Shown: one piece after another, positions 9,103 to 18,513 of the stretch | Layout of the letters: each line of letters opens with the position of its first letter | Position numbering within the stretch: the stretch's first letter is position 1 | NCBI GenBank assembly: GCA_016188545.1 | Contig: JACPHO010000001.1 | Span: 419,324 to 483,323 of the forward strand | Reading direction: 5' to 3' | Length of the DNA: 64,000 nt | Source: Candidatus Shapirobacteria bacterium | GTDB lineage: Bacteria > Patescibacteriota > Microgenomatia > UBA12405 | Program-made: the position numbers and the translations under genes | Notes under the pieces: generated by a model | Told to the model about the DNA's origin: nothing | Database searches by the model: none | What the model saw: the letters and a program-made list of their open reading frames with translations, nothing else

Positions 9103-10124
9103 TGAAAAAAAACATTTTAATTTTAGTTATATTCGTCTTATCGTTTTTACTTTTTATTTTTTACTTTTTATTTTACAAGATATCGTCGTATACACATACC
9201 CGCATTTCTCATTTTCCCACAACATTAATAAAGTCATACCAGCACCCCACTTTAGCTCCTGGTTTTAACTTTGTTATGCTCGGAGTTGATCCCAGAGACG
9301 ACCAGCTTGAGAAAACCCAAGTTTCAGATAGTATTATTGTCGGCCGCCTCACCTCATCTCGGCAAGTCAAACTTATTTCAATACCTCGTGATTTATGGGT
9401 TTATTCACTTGAAACAAAAGTAAACCAAATTTACCCGCTCTCACAAGATAAGGTTAGTCCAGTTCAGAGCTATCAATATATCGAAGACGAATTCACCAAG
9501 TTAACAGGTCAAAAAATAAGCCGAACTTTGATACTAACTACTGACAACCTTATAGAGCTCACAAAAATAATCGGTGGAGTCGATGTTGTTCAGGAGTCGA
9601 CTTACACGGACTTGTTTTATCCAAATCCTGAATATGTTAAAAATCCCTCGCCCAAAATCCCCATCTACAAAACAGTTATCTTTCCCAAGGGTTTACTCCA
9701 CTTAGACGAGTCCAATATTACTGAGTATGTTCGGTCCCGCAAAGGCCAAAATGAAGAAGGAAGTGGTAGTAGCGACCAGGGAAGAATCCAGCGCCAGCAA
9801 CTATTATTGGAAGCTCTGATATCAAAACTAAAATCTCCTGCGTTTATATCAAGTCCAACCAATGTTCTTACTTTATATAATTTTTGGCATCAGAGTATCC
9901 GCACAAATATTAGTGATAGTGATTTATTTAGCCTTCTACTTTCCGGCAAAAAACAGATACTCGGGCTTACCCTAACCAAAACCAATGTTCCGGTAGGAGA
10001 AAACCCCAAGAAAGATATTCTTTATCACCCTCGGTCATTCATCAACAGGCAGTGGGTTTATATCCCAGTCGACAAAGAATATAAAGGTCTTCAGGAGTAT
10101 ATTTCCGGTTTTCTTAACCAATAA
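9102..10124 (+). CDS. LytR-CpsA-Psr (LCP) family cell-envelope glycopolymer ligase
   Basis: N-terminal TM anchor, then MLGVDPRDD...SDSIIVGRL...ISIPRD, as in LCP domains. Confidence 0.75.
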   Translation: MKKNILILVIFVLSFLLFIFYFLFYKISSYTHTRISHFPTTLIKSYQHPTLAPGFNFVMLGVDPRDDQLEKTQVSDSIIVGRLTSSRQVKLISIPRDLWVYSLETKVNQIYPLSQDKVSPVQSYQYIEDEFTKLTGQKISRTLILTTDNLIELTKIIGGVDVVQESTYTDLFYPNPEYVKNPSPKIPIYKTVIFPKGLLHLDESNITEYVRSRKGQNEEGSGSSDQGRIQRQQLLLEALISKLKSPAFISSPTNVLTLYNFWHQSIRTNISDSDLFSLLLSGKKQILGLTLTKTNVPVGENPKKDILYHPRSFINRQWVYIPVDKEYKGLQEYISGFLNQ

Positions 10125-10151
10125 TTTGCTATACTGGATTATTAGCATTTA

Positions 10152-10646
10152 TTGATTCACATGGACATACCCAATCTCTCTACTGATAAGCCAAAAACCC
10201 CACCTGCAGATATAAATTTTTCACTCATGCCTATTGTTATTGTATTAGTTTTGGCGCTTGTTTCCGGATTTTGGATCTCAAGATTTTTCCCAATTAATAA
10301 AACCGTAGCAGACAAAGCTACAACTACCACCACCGAGGGTCAGACCGTAATTTCCACCGATAAAATCAGCAGTGCTGACGAAATTAAAGCTGGCAAGGTA
10401 TATGGCAATGCCGAAAAAAGCTTTAAAGACTCAGCTACTGGCGTCGTTGAGAAGGGATCAATCAATGGTGAGGGTACCCACATACTCAACCGAGAGGGTG
10501 GACTTAGTCAGCGAGCCTCACTAATTTCTTCTACGGTAGACCTAGATTTATTTGTTGGTAAAAAAGTCGAGATCAAAGGTGAAACTAATGCCTCAAATAA
10601 AACATCTTGGCTTTTGGACGTTGGTAGTCTTAAGGTACTTGAATAA
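10152..10646 (+). CDS. Hypothetical membrane-anchored protein
   Basis: Single N-terminal TM segment. The rest is Thr/Ser-rich and presumably extracytoplasmic. Confidence 0.35.
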   Translation: MIHMDIPNLSTDKPKTPPADINFSLMPIVIVLVLALVSGFWISRFFPINKTVADKATTTTTEGQTVISTDKISSADEIKAGKVYGNAEKSFKDSATGVVEKGSINGEGTHILNREGGLSQRASLISSTVDLDLFVGKKVEIKGETNASNKTSWLLDVGSLKVLE

Positions 10647-10648
10647 AA

Positions 10649-11356
10649 ATGAATGTATTATTTAAAGATGTCAGTAAGCACTTTGGTTCTATCAAAGCGC
10701 TCGAAAACCTTAACTTTGAAGTAAAGACAGGTGACTTTGTCTTTATAGTCGGTTCTTCTGGTGCCGGCAAATCTACCTTACTCAAGATGATCTTAAGTCA
10801 GTACCGACCTAGTACCGGCGAAATCTACATAGATGGCCATCTACTTAACTTTAAAAACAAACATCTAATCGACAAACTCCGCCAAAATATCGGCGTAATC
10901 TTTCAAGATTATCAGCTTATAGCTGATAAAACAGTCGAAGAAAATATCGCCCTCGCTTTAGATATCAACGGCTTTCCAAGTAGGGAGATCCCGCAGCGTG
11001 TTGATAAGGCCATAGATCAGGTATTTCTTCAAAGCCGTCGCCACCTTTTCCCGGCTCAGTTATCAGGTGGTGAACTTCAGCGAGCAGCTCTAGCCAGAGC
11101 CCTGGCTATTGATCCAAAGCTTATTCTAGCCGACGAACCCACCGGTAACCTTGATCCTGAAAACTCTTGGAATCTAATTAAGCTTCTAAAGGAAATTAAT
11201 GAGTCAAGGGGAACTACTATTATTATGACTACACACAACTTTGACATTGTTGAGTCACTCAATAAGCGTAAAATTACTATGAAAAATGGAACCATTGTCA
11301 ATGACACAATTAAAAAAGTCGTCAAAAAATTAAAGAAGAAAAAAATCAAAAAATGA
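10649..11356 (+). CDS. ftsE: Cell-division ABC ATPase FtsE
   Basis: Walker A GSSGAGKSTLLK. ABC signature LSGGELQRAALARALAIDPKLILADEPTGNLD. Followed by an FtsX-like permease. Confidence 0.85.
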   Translation: MNVLFKDVSKHFGSIKALENLNFEVKTGDFVFIVGSSGAGKSTLLKMILSQYRPSTGEIYIDGHLLNFKNKHLIDKLRQNIGVIFQDYQLIADKTVEENIALALDINGFPSREIPQRVDKAIDQVFLQSRRHLFPAQLSGGELQRAALARALAIDPKLILADEPTGNLDPENSWNLIKLLKEINESRGTTIIMTTHNFDIVESLNKRKITMKNGTIVNDTIKKVVKKLKKKKIKK

Positions 11357-12225
11357 ACATCTATCGCAACACTTGGCATCACATCCGTCGTTCTCCATTC
11401 CAAAGTATTACGGCGATAGTTACCATGACTCTAAGCTTTTTCGCCTTAAGTACTTTTGCCATAGTCAGTAATGGCATGAATTCTCTACTAAACTATTTCG
11501 AGACCAAGCCCGAAATAACCATCTTTCTTAAAGATGGCCTTGATAAATCCACCATTGAGAACCTCCAGACCGAGATCAGTAATTACACATCGATCAAAGA
11601 AATAAAATTCATCTCAAAAGAAAAAGCCTTGACTATATATAAAGAACAAAATAAAAACAGTCCACTCCTTACCGAGATGGTCACTGCCAGTATCCTTCCC
11701 GCTTCGTTTGAGGTTTCAGTATCTGACGTCAAGGTCCTAGAACAAATCTCTCAAAATTTCTCTGCAAAAAAAGATCAAGTAGACGAGATTATTTATCAAA
11801 AAGATATTATTACCTCCATACTATCCTGGACTAATATTATCCGACAGATTGGTATTGTTACCGTTACTATTTTTAGCGGTTTGACGTTCTTAGTTGTTCT
11901 GGTCATTATCGGTATGAAGATCACCAACCGTAAAGAAGAGATCAATATTAGCCGTCTTTTAGGCGCGTCAAAGGATTATGTTAAAGCCCCGTTTTTAATT
12001 GAAGGAACTATCTATGGTCTAGTAGGTGGATTTCTAGGCCCACTGGTCAGTTTAACGCTCATTAGTATTTATAAGTCACAAATCAATCAGTTCTTCGACC
12101 CAGTATTATTTATTTCGACCGATCTTCAATTCATTCTGGTTATTTGGCTAATCTGCGAAGCAGCCGGGGTCACCATTGGCTATCTTAGTAGCTGGATTGG
12201 CTCAAATAGGTATATAAAATTCTAA
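11353..12225 (+). CDS. ftsX: Cell-division permease FtsX
   Basis: ATGA-coupled to ftsE. N-terminal TM, a large loop, then three C-terminal TM helices, which is the FtsX topology. Confidence 0.7.
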   Translation: MNIYRNTWHHIRRSPFQSITAIVTMTLSFFALSTFAIVSNGMNSLLNYFETKPEITIFLKDGLDKSTIENLQTEISNYTSIKEIKFISKEKALTIYKEQNKNSPLLTEMVTASILPASFEVSVSDVKVLEQISQNFSAKKDQVDEIIYQKDIITSILSWTNIIRQIGIVTVTIFSGLTFLVVLVIIGMKITNRKEEINISRLLGASKDYVKAPFLIEGTIYGLVGGFLGPLVSLTLISIYKSQINQFFDPVLFISTDLQFILVIWLICEAAGVTIGYLSSWIGSNRYIKF

Positions 12226-12229
12226 TCAA

Positions 12230-13339
12230 ATGAAACGAACATTACTATGTTTGTTCCTATGTTTCAGTCTATTTTTACCACAAGTTGTAAGGGCAGAAGA
12301 AACAATCGACGAACTAAAAAATACCATTGCCGAACTTGATAAGAAAATATTAGAACTTGGAAAGGCAAAGGATACCTTAGCCAATCAGATAACTCTTCTC
12401 AATTCTCAAGTTTCCCTTACACTTCTAAAAGTCTCACAAACCGAATCTTCAATCAAAATAACTGAGACAGAAATCATTGACCTTGGGGGTAAAATTAGTG
12501 TCCTCGATACTTCCCTGAATCAGCTTTCATCGAAATTTATTGCCGAAATTATTGAGAACTACAAGTTATCAAAAAAATATTCTGGTCTAAGTATCTTTGT
12601 TTCACATAATTTCAACGAATTCTGGCAACAGTACAAATATATCAGCCTGATTCAAAAAAACAGCCAAGACTCACTTATGAACATGGAAACTGTCAGGTTA
12701 AATTACGACACTCAAAAACAACAAAAGCAGAAGAAACAACAAGAATTAGAAGCCTTAAAAGTCAGGCTCGCCGATCAGAAAAATAGTCTTACTAAGCAAA
12801 AACTTACCAAAGCCAACCTTCTTGAAGTAACGAAAAACAACGAAGCAACATATCAAAAACTCAAAGCAGAAGCACAATCTGAACTTGAAGCCCTTCAAAC
12901 CGCAGTCTTTGACGGCAAACGAACCGTTAAAAAAGGCGATCAACTTGGAATCATGGGTAACACAGGCTTTTCATATGGTGCTCACTTGCACTTTGGTTTA
13001 TACAATCTAACTGAAGGCGGACTATCATCATTCTCATACCCAAATGACATCGACGCTTCAGGATTTTTAAATGCTCACAGTTGGCCAATGAAAGATTACA
13101 TTATTACCCAGGGAAGAGGTCACACTAAATACTCCAGTATGTACAGTGATGGTTTTCACCATGGCATAGATATGGCCTCAAACACCAACAAGACACTGTA
13201 TGCAGTTGAAGACGGCGTTGCTTATTTCTTTAGAGATAAATATCCCGGGAGAAGAGTAGGTAACGGTAATCACGTCAAGCTATTTCACGCCGATGGCAAA
13301 ATGACGCTTTATCTACACTTGGATAAGTTCTACAAGTAA
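12230..13339 (+). CDS. Secreted coiled-coil peptidase M23 (PcsB/EnvC-like FtsEX partner); M23 segments appear in permuted order
   Basis: Signal peptide, ~200 aa coiled coil, then KKGDQLGIMGNTGFSYGAHLHFGLY (M23 C-terminal HxH block) before GFHHGIDMA...LFHADGKMTLYLHL (M23 N-terminal HxxxD block). Confidence 0.8.
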   Translation: MKRTLLCLFLCFSLFLPQVVRAEETIDELKNTIAELDKKILELGKAKDTLANQITLLNSQVSLTLLKVSQTESSIKITETEIIDLGGKISVLDTSLNQLSSKFIAEIIENYKLSKKYSGLSIFVSHNFNEFWQQYKYISLIQKNSQDSLMNMETVRLNYDTQKQQKQKKQQELEALKVRLADQKNSLTKQKLTKANLLEVTKNNEATYQKLKAEAQSELEALQTAVFDGKRTVKKGDQLGIMGNTGFSYGAHLHFGLYNLTEGGLSSFSYPNDIDASGFLNAHSWPMKDYIITQGRGHTKYSSMYSDGFHHGIDMASNTNKTLYAVEDGVAYFFRDKYPGRRVGNGNHVKLFHADGKMTLYLHLDKFYK

Positions 13340-13342
13340 CTT

Positions 13343-13957
13343 TTAGTACCCTCTAATCAATTTTCGGAGCACTAGGGCTCCAGAAGTTAGTGACAAGATA
13401 AAGGCACTATTTAGTATCAAACCTGCAGAGCTACCAGTTACTGGCATTGAAGGTTTCTCCACAAAATAGCTAGCATCATCACAATCGCTGACAGTTACGT
13501 TTTTAGCACAAACGTTGTTGGTCAATTTCATTAATTGAGAATAACTAGTTTTTGGTAAGTCCCTAACTATTGCAATTATGTAGTAATTCTTTTTTTCGCC
13601 AGGTTTTAGTACTGGAATAACTGTCTCGATATTTGTTTTATCTGAAGTTACCTTTCCAAAAAAGTATTGTAGTTTCAAATAAGCAGGTAATCTATCTACG
13701 ACATTCAAATCATAAATAGTGCTTGATCCACGATTATCGATAACTATAGAAAACTCGATTTGATCACCCTCTTTAAAGACGTAGTCTGACTTGGAAACAT
13801 TGTCCAACAGGATGTCTTTGTTAGGCAACTTAATTTTTTTATCTACTACGATAATTGGGGCACTAGAATCATTACCATAATATTGCGCCATGACATTAGA
13901 TGGTGTGTAAAATACACCGATGGCTAAGAGTAAAGCGATAATTGTTTTTGTTTTCAT
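13343..13957 (-). CDS. Secreted DUF11-like surface protein with C-terminal sortase sorting signal (MPVTG)
   Basis: Signal peptide. The pattern FSIVIDNRGSSTIYDLNVVDRLPAYL resembles the DUF11 repeat. C-terminal MPVTG is followed by a hydrophobic stretch and an RKLIRGY tail. Confidence 0.55.
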   Translation of the reverse strand: MKTKTIIALLLAIGVFYTPSNVMAQYYGNDSSAPIIVVDKKIKLPNKDILLDNVSKSDYVFKEGDQIEFSIVIDNRGSSTIYDLNVVDRLPAYLKLQYFFGKVTSDKTNIETVIPVLKPGEKKNYYIIAIVRDLPKTSYSQLMKLTNNVCAKNVTVSDCDDASYFVEKPSMPVTGSSAGLILNSAFILSLTSGALVLRKLIRGY

Positions 13958-14064
13958 AATCTGCTCGCAAATGTGTATAGCAAATAATTACAGGATATTA
14001 TATCAAGCTAAATCCATTTGTCAAGTCACTTCTATATATTTCTTTTTGCTATACTCAAAAATAT
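13958..14064. promoter_or_regulatory. Divergent intergenic region likely holding promoters for the DUF11 surface protein (-) and the glycosylation island (+)
   Basis: 107-bp AT-rich spacer between divergent starts. Contains TTGTCA...TATATA and TTGCTA/TATACT-like hexamers. The island's first ATG is only ~8 nt after TATACT. Confidence 0.3.
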
Positions 14065-14793
14065 ATGTCAGATTACATTCTCGAAAGTCTTTCTGTATTT
14101 TTTCCTTGTTACAACGAAGAAAAAAATATTGAATCAACTTTCAACAAAGCCCTGCCAATATTACAAAAAGTAGCTAAAAACTGGGAAATAATTCTAGTTA
14201 ATGATGGTTCAAAAGATAATACCCTCAAGATCCTTCAAAAACTTAAAAAAGCCCATCCCCAGCAAGTTACGATCGTCAACCATACCCAAAACAGGGGATA
14301 CGGAGCTGCCTTCAAATCAGGTGTCTATACCGCTAAATATCCCTGGATTACCTTTACTGACGCTGATGGCCAGTTTGACTTTAATGAAATACATAAACTA
14401 GTTGCCACTCAGAAAAAAACCAATGCTGACCTGGTCATTGGTTTTTATAACGTCAGACAAGTCCCTGCATTCCGTATTTGGGGTTCAGCAGCCTGGCAAC
14501 TAGCCGTATTTATTCTATTTGGCCTAAGAGTCAAAGATATTGACTGTGGATTTAAGCTTTTTCGCAAAGAAGTCATCGACACCATTCCTCATCTGGAAGC
14601 TGAAAGGGGACCATTTATTTCTTCTGAATTCCTTCTAAAAGCCAAAAAGAAGAAATTTAAAATTGTCGAAATAGGTGTCACTCACTTTAGTCGCCAAGCC
14701 GGTAATGGTACTGGAGCCAACTTTGATGTAGTTTTAGCCGGACTAGTAGATCTTCTTCGTCTTTGGTTCAAAGTCAACTTCACCAAATCATAA
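14065..14793 (+). CDS. GT2 polyprenyl-phosphate sugar synthase (DPM1/GtrB/CsbB-like)
   Basis: CYNEE...NDGSKDNT...TDADGQFD...DCGFKLFRKEV motifs of DPM1-like GT2. Immediately upstream of a GT-C membrane protein. Confidence 0.72.
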   Translation: MSDYILESLSVFFPCYNEEKNIESTFNKALPILQKVAKNWEIILVNDGSKDNTLKILQKLKKAHPQQVTIVNHTQNRGYGAAFKSGVYTAKYPWITFTDADGQFDFNEIHKLVATQKKTNADLVIGFYNVRQVPAFRIWGSAAWQLAVFILFGLRVKDIDCGFKLFRKEVIDTIPHLEAERGPFISSEFLLKAKKKKFKIVEIGVTHFSRQAGNGTGANFDVVLAGLVDLLRLWFKVNFTKS

Positions 14794-14794
14794 A

Positions 14795-16234
14795 ATGATA
14801 TTTTTACGTAAAAATTGGCAAATAATCTTAATTATTCTAATAGCCAGTTTTGTTAGATTTTTCCATCTTTACGATTACGCTGAGTTCCTGGGTGACCAAG
14901 GCCGAGACGTAGTCATTGTTAGAGAGTTTCTCAGACACGGTAATCTTTTCTTTATCGGCCCTCAAACTAGTATTGGCAATATGTATTTGGGACCATTTTA
15001 TTACTATTTGTTTGTCGCCCCCGGACTTATTCTTAGCTGGTTCAATCCAATTGGACCTGCCATTGTAGTGGCTATTCTCGGGGTACTTACTGTCTATCTT
15101 GTCTATACTTACTCCTTAGAATGGTTTGACCATAAAACAGCCATGATCGCCAGTCTTATCTTTGCCCTATCGCCAGTAGTAATTAAATATTCCACATTTT
15201 CGTGGAATCCCAATGTCATGCCTCTGTTTTCGCTATTATTCATCCATTATCTTCTAAAATCTCGATATATTTTAGCCACCATCGCCTTCATAATTTGTCT
15301 CAATGCCCACTTTTTAGCGCTTCTACTTCTACCAGTAGGTTTTATCATTGTTGTTTTCAAAAAACCATTTCCTTACCGTGCCCTAATACTGCCATTTGTC
15401 ATTCTTTTGGCTTCGTTTATACCGCAGTTACTTTTTGATTTTAAACACCAAGGTCAAAATATTAATGCTTTTGTTTCCTTTTTTACCAAAAGAGAAACTA
15501 CTATTAACCTAAAACCATATAAAGCCATACCGCTAATGGTGCCTCTTTTTAATCAAGTTACCACTAGGCTAGTTGCCGGAAAAGACGTAATTGTCGGCTA
15601 CTTTATCAGCACTATCTTTGGCTCAACTTTGATATTTATTCTATACCAGCAGTTTAAAAAACGTAAATTCGACCCTCATTTTCTAATGCTTTCCTCCTGG
15701 CTATTGATTGGTCTAGTAGGATTAGCGTTGTACAAACAGCACATCTATGATCATTACTTTGGCTTTTTGTATCCCGCTATCATTATTCTTTTCGCCTACC
15801 TAATCACACGTTTGCCAAAGTTTTTATCAACTATCATCACCATCTTTGTAGTCATTATATCTTTAGTTCAAAACCCGTTACGCTGGTCACCACCGCGTCA
15901 ATTATGGACAACTCAAGAAATTACTAAGCAAATAGTTGCTTCTTCAGAAAATAAACCATTCAACTTCTCCCTATTAGCAAAAATGAACTATGATCCTGGT
16001 TACCGCTATTTCTTTTCCGAATCAAATGCACCAGTCAGATTACTTCAAGATGAAATAACCGAACAACTCTTTGTCGCTTGTGAGCCTTTTCAAATGGACT
16101 GTAACCCCATCAATAACCCTGAGTGGGGGATAGCTGCCTTTGGCTGGGCTAAAATTGACAAAGAGTGGGAAGTGAATGGAATAAAAATATTCCGTTTAGT
16201 CCACAACCAAACAGGTGAAAAAGTAATAAATTAG
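14795..16234 (+). CDS. Polytopic membrane protein, putative GT-C fold glycosyltransferase (PMT_2-like)
   Basis: ~12 predicted TM segments. First loop FLGDQGRD...GNMYLGPFYYYLF is paralogous to the loop in the 16249..17721 protein. Confidence 0.5.
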   Translation: MIFLRKNWQIILIILIASFVRFFHLYDYAEFLGDQGRDVVIVREFLRHGNLFFIGPQTSIGNMYLGPFYYYLFVAPGLILSWFNPIGPAIVVAILGVLTVYLVYTYSLEWFDHKTAMIASLIFALSPVVIKYSTFSWNPNVMPLFSLLFIHYLLKSRYILATIAFIICLNAHFLALLLLPVGFIIVVFKKPFPYRALILPFVILLASFIPQLLFDFKHQGQNINAFVSFFTKRETTINLKPYKAIPLMVPLFNQVTTRLVAGKDVIVGYFISTIFGSTLIFILYQQFKKRKFDPHFLMLSSWLLIGLVGLALYKQHIYDHYFGFLYPAIIILFAYLITRLPKFLSTIITIFVVIISLVQNPLRWSPPRQLWTTQEITKQIVASSENKPFNFSLLAKMNYDPGYRYFFSESNAPVRLLQDEITEQLFVACEPFQMDCNPINNPEWGIAAFGWAKIDKEWEVNGIKIFRLVHNQTGEKVIN

Positions 16235-16248
16235 TCTTTCTCGACTAG

Positions 16249-17721
16249 TTACTCAGTGTATCCAAGCAATGGATCAAGCTGAGCAGAAGTATTTTTACAG
16301 TCCGCTTCGGTTGCCTTATAGTCACCCGCCACTGGCTTCAAAACTCCAAATCTGCCAAAACTCACCGGCTTTTCATAACGACTAAGTTGCCAAGGAATAG
16401 GAATGTTATATACTGGTACACCCGGTGAACCGGGCTTTACAATATCTACCCCGTAGTACCAAAAGAGATATCTAAACCCAACTCCAACCCCAGGATCCGC
16501 AATGAAGTTAACCGCGATACAGTTATAGTTGTTTTTTTCCTTATCTGCTTTTATATATTCAACTACCTGTCTTCTGTATAAATACGATTGATCTTCATCA
16601 GTTTTAGTAACCAGCCAATAGCTATTAATTACCAGATACAGAAATATCACTAGTATCGCTGCGTTTTTTGTAATAACTTTAGCCAAAAATATTGCCATTA
16701 CCGCAATCACTATTGGTACTGTGTTAGTAAAATAATACTCTGAAACTACTCTTTTTGACACAAACTGTGCGACCATTATAAGTCCAATCCATCCCCACAT
16801 TAAGCCAACTTCCTGCCATTTGATATGTTTTTTCCAAGTTAGGTAACCACAAATTGCGATAAACATCAGCCAGTAAACATAGTTGTTACTGTATTTAAGA
16901 TCAAAAACAATTCGTTGTTGGATCTCCCTACCCGAGGCTTCGATCACCTTTATTAACTTCATTTTACCAGTCGGTGCTCCTATATCCTTTTGAGTTGAGG
17001 CAGCCATGCTCCTAACTTGTGACCAATTATGTTTTAGTTCAAATACAAAGAAAGGAGAAATCGTTATCAAAAATATCAAGATACCTCCCCACACATAACG
17101 ACTAATATTTTTATCAAACAAACTTGAAAATTTATTCTTTCCGACAAAAAATGCCAGAATTGGTAAAGGAACAATCGGCAGCAAAGCTATGTGCAACTGC
17201 CAAATGAACCCAACTAAAAATCCATATATTGGAAGCCATTTCAAATTACCTTTTCCTAATTCCATAATTACTCCCCAAAACCAGATCGACCAGGTTAGGG
17301 TGGGCAGTGTTGGTACTGACCATCTATCAAACCTCGCTATTCCAAACGAAAATGCGTATATTGCTGCAGCTATTAGTCCCGCTCTCATACCCCAATTTCT
17401 TTTAATCACCCAGTAGATACTAACTATATTAAAAATAGAAATTAGTGTTATTGGCACAATAGCCGATAGGGGATTCATCCCAAAAAGTCGATAAAATATC
17501 GCCATGACATAGTAATAAAAACTACCTATAAAAACCCCATCCACACTTGTAATTTGCCCAACTAATCTTTGATGACCGTTAACGATAATGTCTTTAGCAA
17601 TCCACGAATATAGATCCTGATCATGAGCAAAAAAGAAAGATCTTTCAAAAAAAAGCCACCTCATTAATAACCCGGCCCCCAACAAGACTACCCAAATTGG
17701 TACTCTGAACCTAGCTTCCAT
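16249..17721 (-). CDS. Polytopic membrane protein, putative GT-C glycosyltransferase (paralog of 14795..16234)
   Basis: FAHDQDL...GVFIGSFYYYVM loop pattern shared with the 14795 protein. Multi-TM. Confidence 0.5.
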   Translation of the reverse strand: MEARFRVPIWVVLLGAGLLMRWLFFERSFFFAHDQDLYSWIAKDIIVNGHQRLVGQITSVDGVFIGSFYYYVMAIFYRLFGMNPLSAIVPITLISIFNIVSIYWVIKRNWGMRAGLIAAAIYAFSFGIARFDRWSVPTLPTLTWSIWFWGVIMELGKGNLKWLPIYGFLVGFIWQLHIALLPIVPLPILAFFVGKNKFSSLFDKNISRYVWGGILIFLITISPFFVFELKHNWSQVRSMAASTQKDIGAPTGKMKLIKVIEASGREIQQRIVFDLKYSNNYVYWLMFIAICGYLTWKKHIKWQEVGLMWGWIGLIMVAQFVSKRVVSEYYFTNTVPIVIAVMAIFLAKVITKNAAILVIFLYLVINSYWLVTKTDEDQSYLYRRQVVEYIKADKEKNNYNCIAVNFIADPGVGVGFRYLFWYYGVDIVKPGSPGVPVYNIPIPWQLSRYEKPVSFGRFGVLKPVAGDYKATEADCKNTSAQLDPLLGYTE

Positions 17722-17751
17722 AAAACGATAATACCACGTATAATCACTCTT

Positions 17752-18513
17752 ATGACTTCAATCAGTATTGTAATGTCCTGTTACAACGAAGAAAATAATC
17801 TCAAGAGAGGTGTTCTTTCCGAATTAAACGATTACATTTCTAGGTCAAATCTAAACTGGGAAGTTGTTATAACTAATGATCTCTCTACTGACAAAAGCTA
17901 CGAATTATTACTTAGTTTTGCCAAAAAAAACAAAAGCTTTCGAATTTTAAACCTTGAAAAAAAAGGCGGCAAACCAGGTGGTATCTGGAATAGCATCCAA
18001 GCCGCCAAATATCCCTACGTTCTCATGACTGATATTGATCAGTCCACCCCAATTAGTGAATTCGATAAGTTTCTTCCATTTATCAAAGACAGCGATATCG
18101 TCATCGGATCTCGAGGACTTCATCGTAATGGCAATTCGTTTTTAAGGAAAATTGGAGGCCCTGTTTTTCTTACACTACGGCGACTAGTCATTCTTCCCAA
18201 CATTATCGATACCCAGTGCGGCTTTAAACTCCTCAAAACCGAAGTAGCCAAAGAACTGTTTCCCCACCTGCAATTTTTTCAGAAAGAAAAAAACCCGACT
18301 GGTTGGAGAGTTTCTGCATTCGACGTTGAGCTATTATTTATGGCTCGCAAATGGGGTCATCCAATCAAAGAAGTTGAAGTTGACTGGCGTAACGAAGATA
18401 CCAGTAATACCAAGGGAGACGATACTTCCCGCTACAAGAAAGAGTCAGTCCAAATGATTAGGGAAATCATTAGGGTCAAGCGTAACGACATCTTGGGCAA
18501 ATATGAAAAATAA
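17752..18513 (+). CDS. GT2 polyprenyl-phosphate sugar synthase (DPM1/GtrB-like)
   Basis: SCYNEENNL...NDLSTDKS...TDIDQSTP...TQCGFKLLKTEV. Confidence 0.72.
   Translation: MTSISIVMSCYNEENNLKRGVLSELNDYISRSNLNWEVVITNDLSTDKSYELLLSFAKKNKSFRILNLEKKGGKPGGIWNSIQAAKYPYVLMTDIDQSTPISEFDKFLPFIKDSDIVIGSRGLHRNGNSFLRKIGGPVFLTLRRLVILPNIIDTQCGFKLLKTEVAKELFPHLQFFQKEKNPTGWRVSAFDVELLFMARKWGHPIKEVEVDWRNEDTSNTKGDDTSRYKKESVQMIREIIRVKRNDILGKYEK

Noticed and set aside
9131-9180. Apparent T-rich repeat (tttttactttttattttttacttttttattttac) at the start of the LCP gene
   Set aside because: It encodes a Phe/Leu-rich signal-anchor helix (FVLSFLLFIFYFLFY). This is low-complexity coding sequence rather than a structured tandem repeat.
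11320-11356. Poly-A/Lys-rich tail at the end of ftsE (KKVVKKLKKKKIKK) as a possible slippery or recoding site
   Set aside because: The longest perfect run is only A7. A basic C-terminal tail is plausible for the protein and sits at the ATGA junction with ftsX, so no recoding is required.
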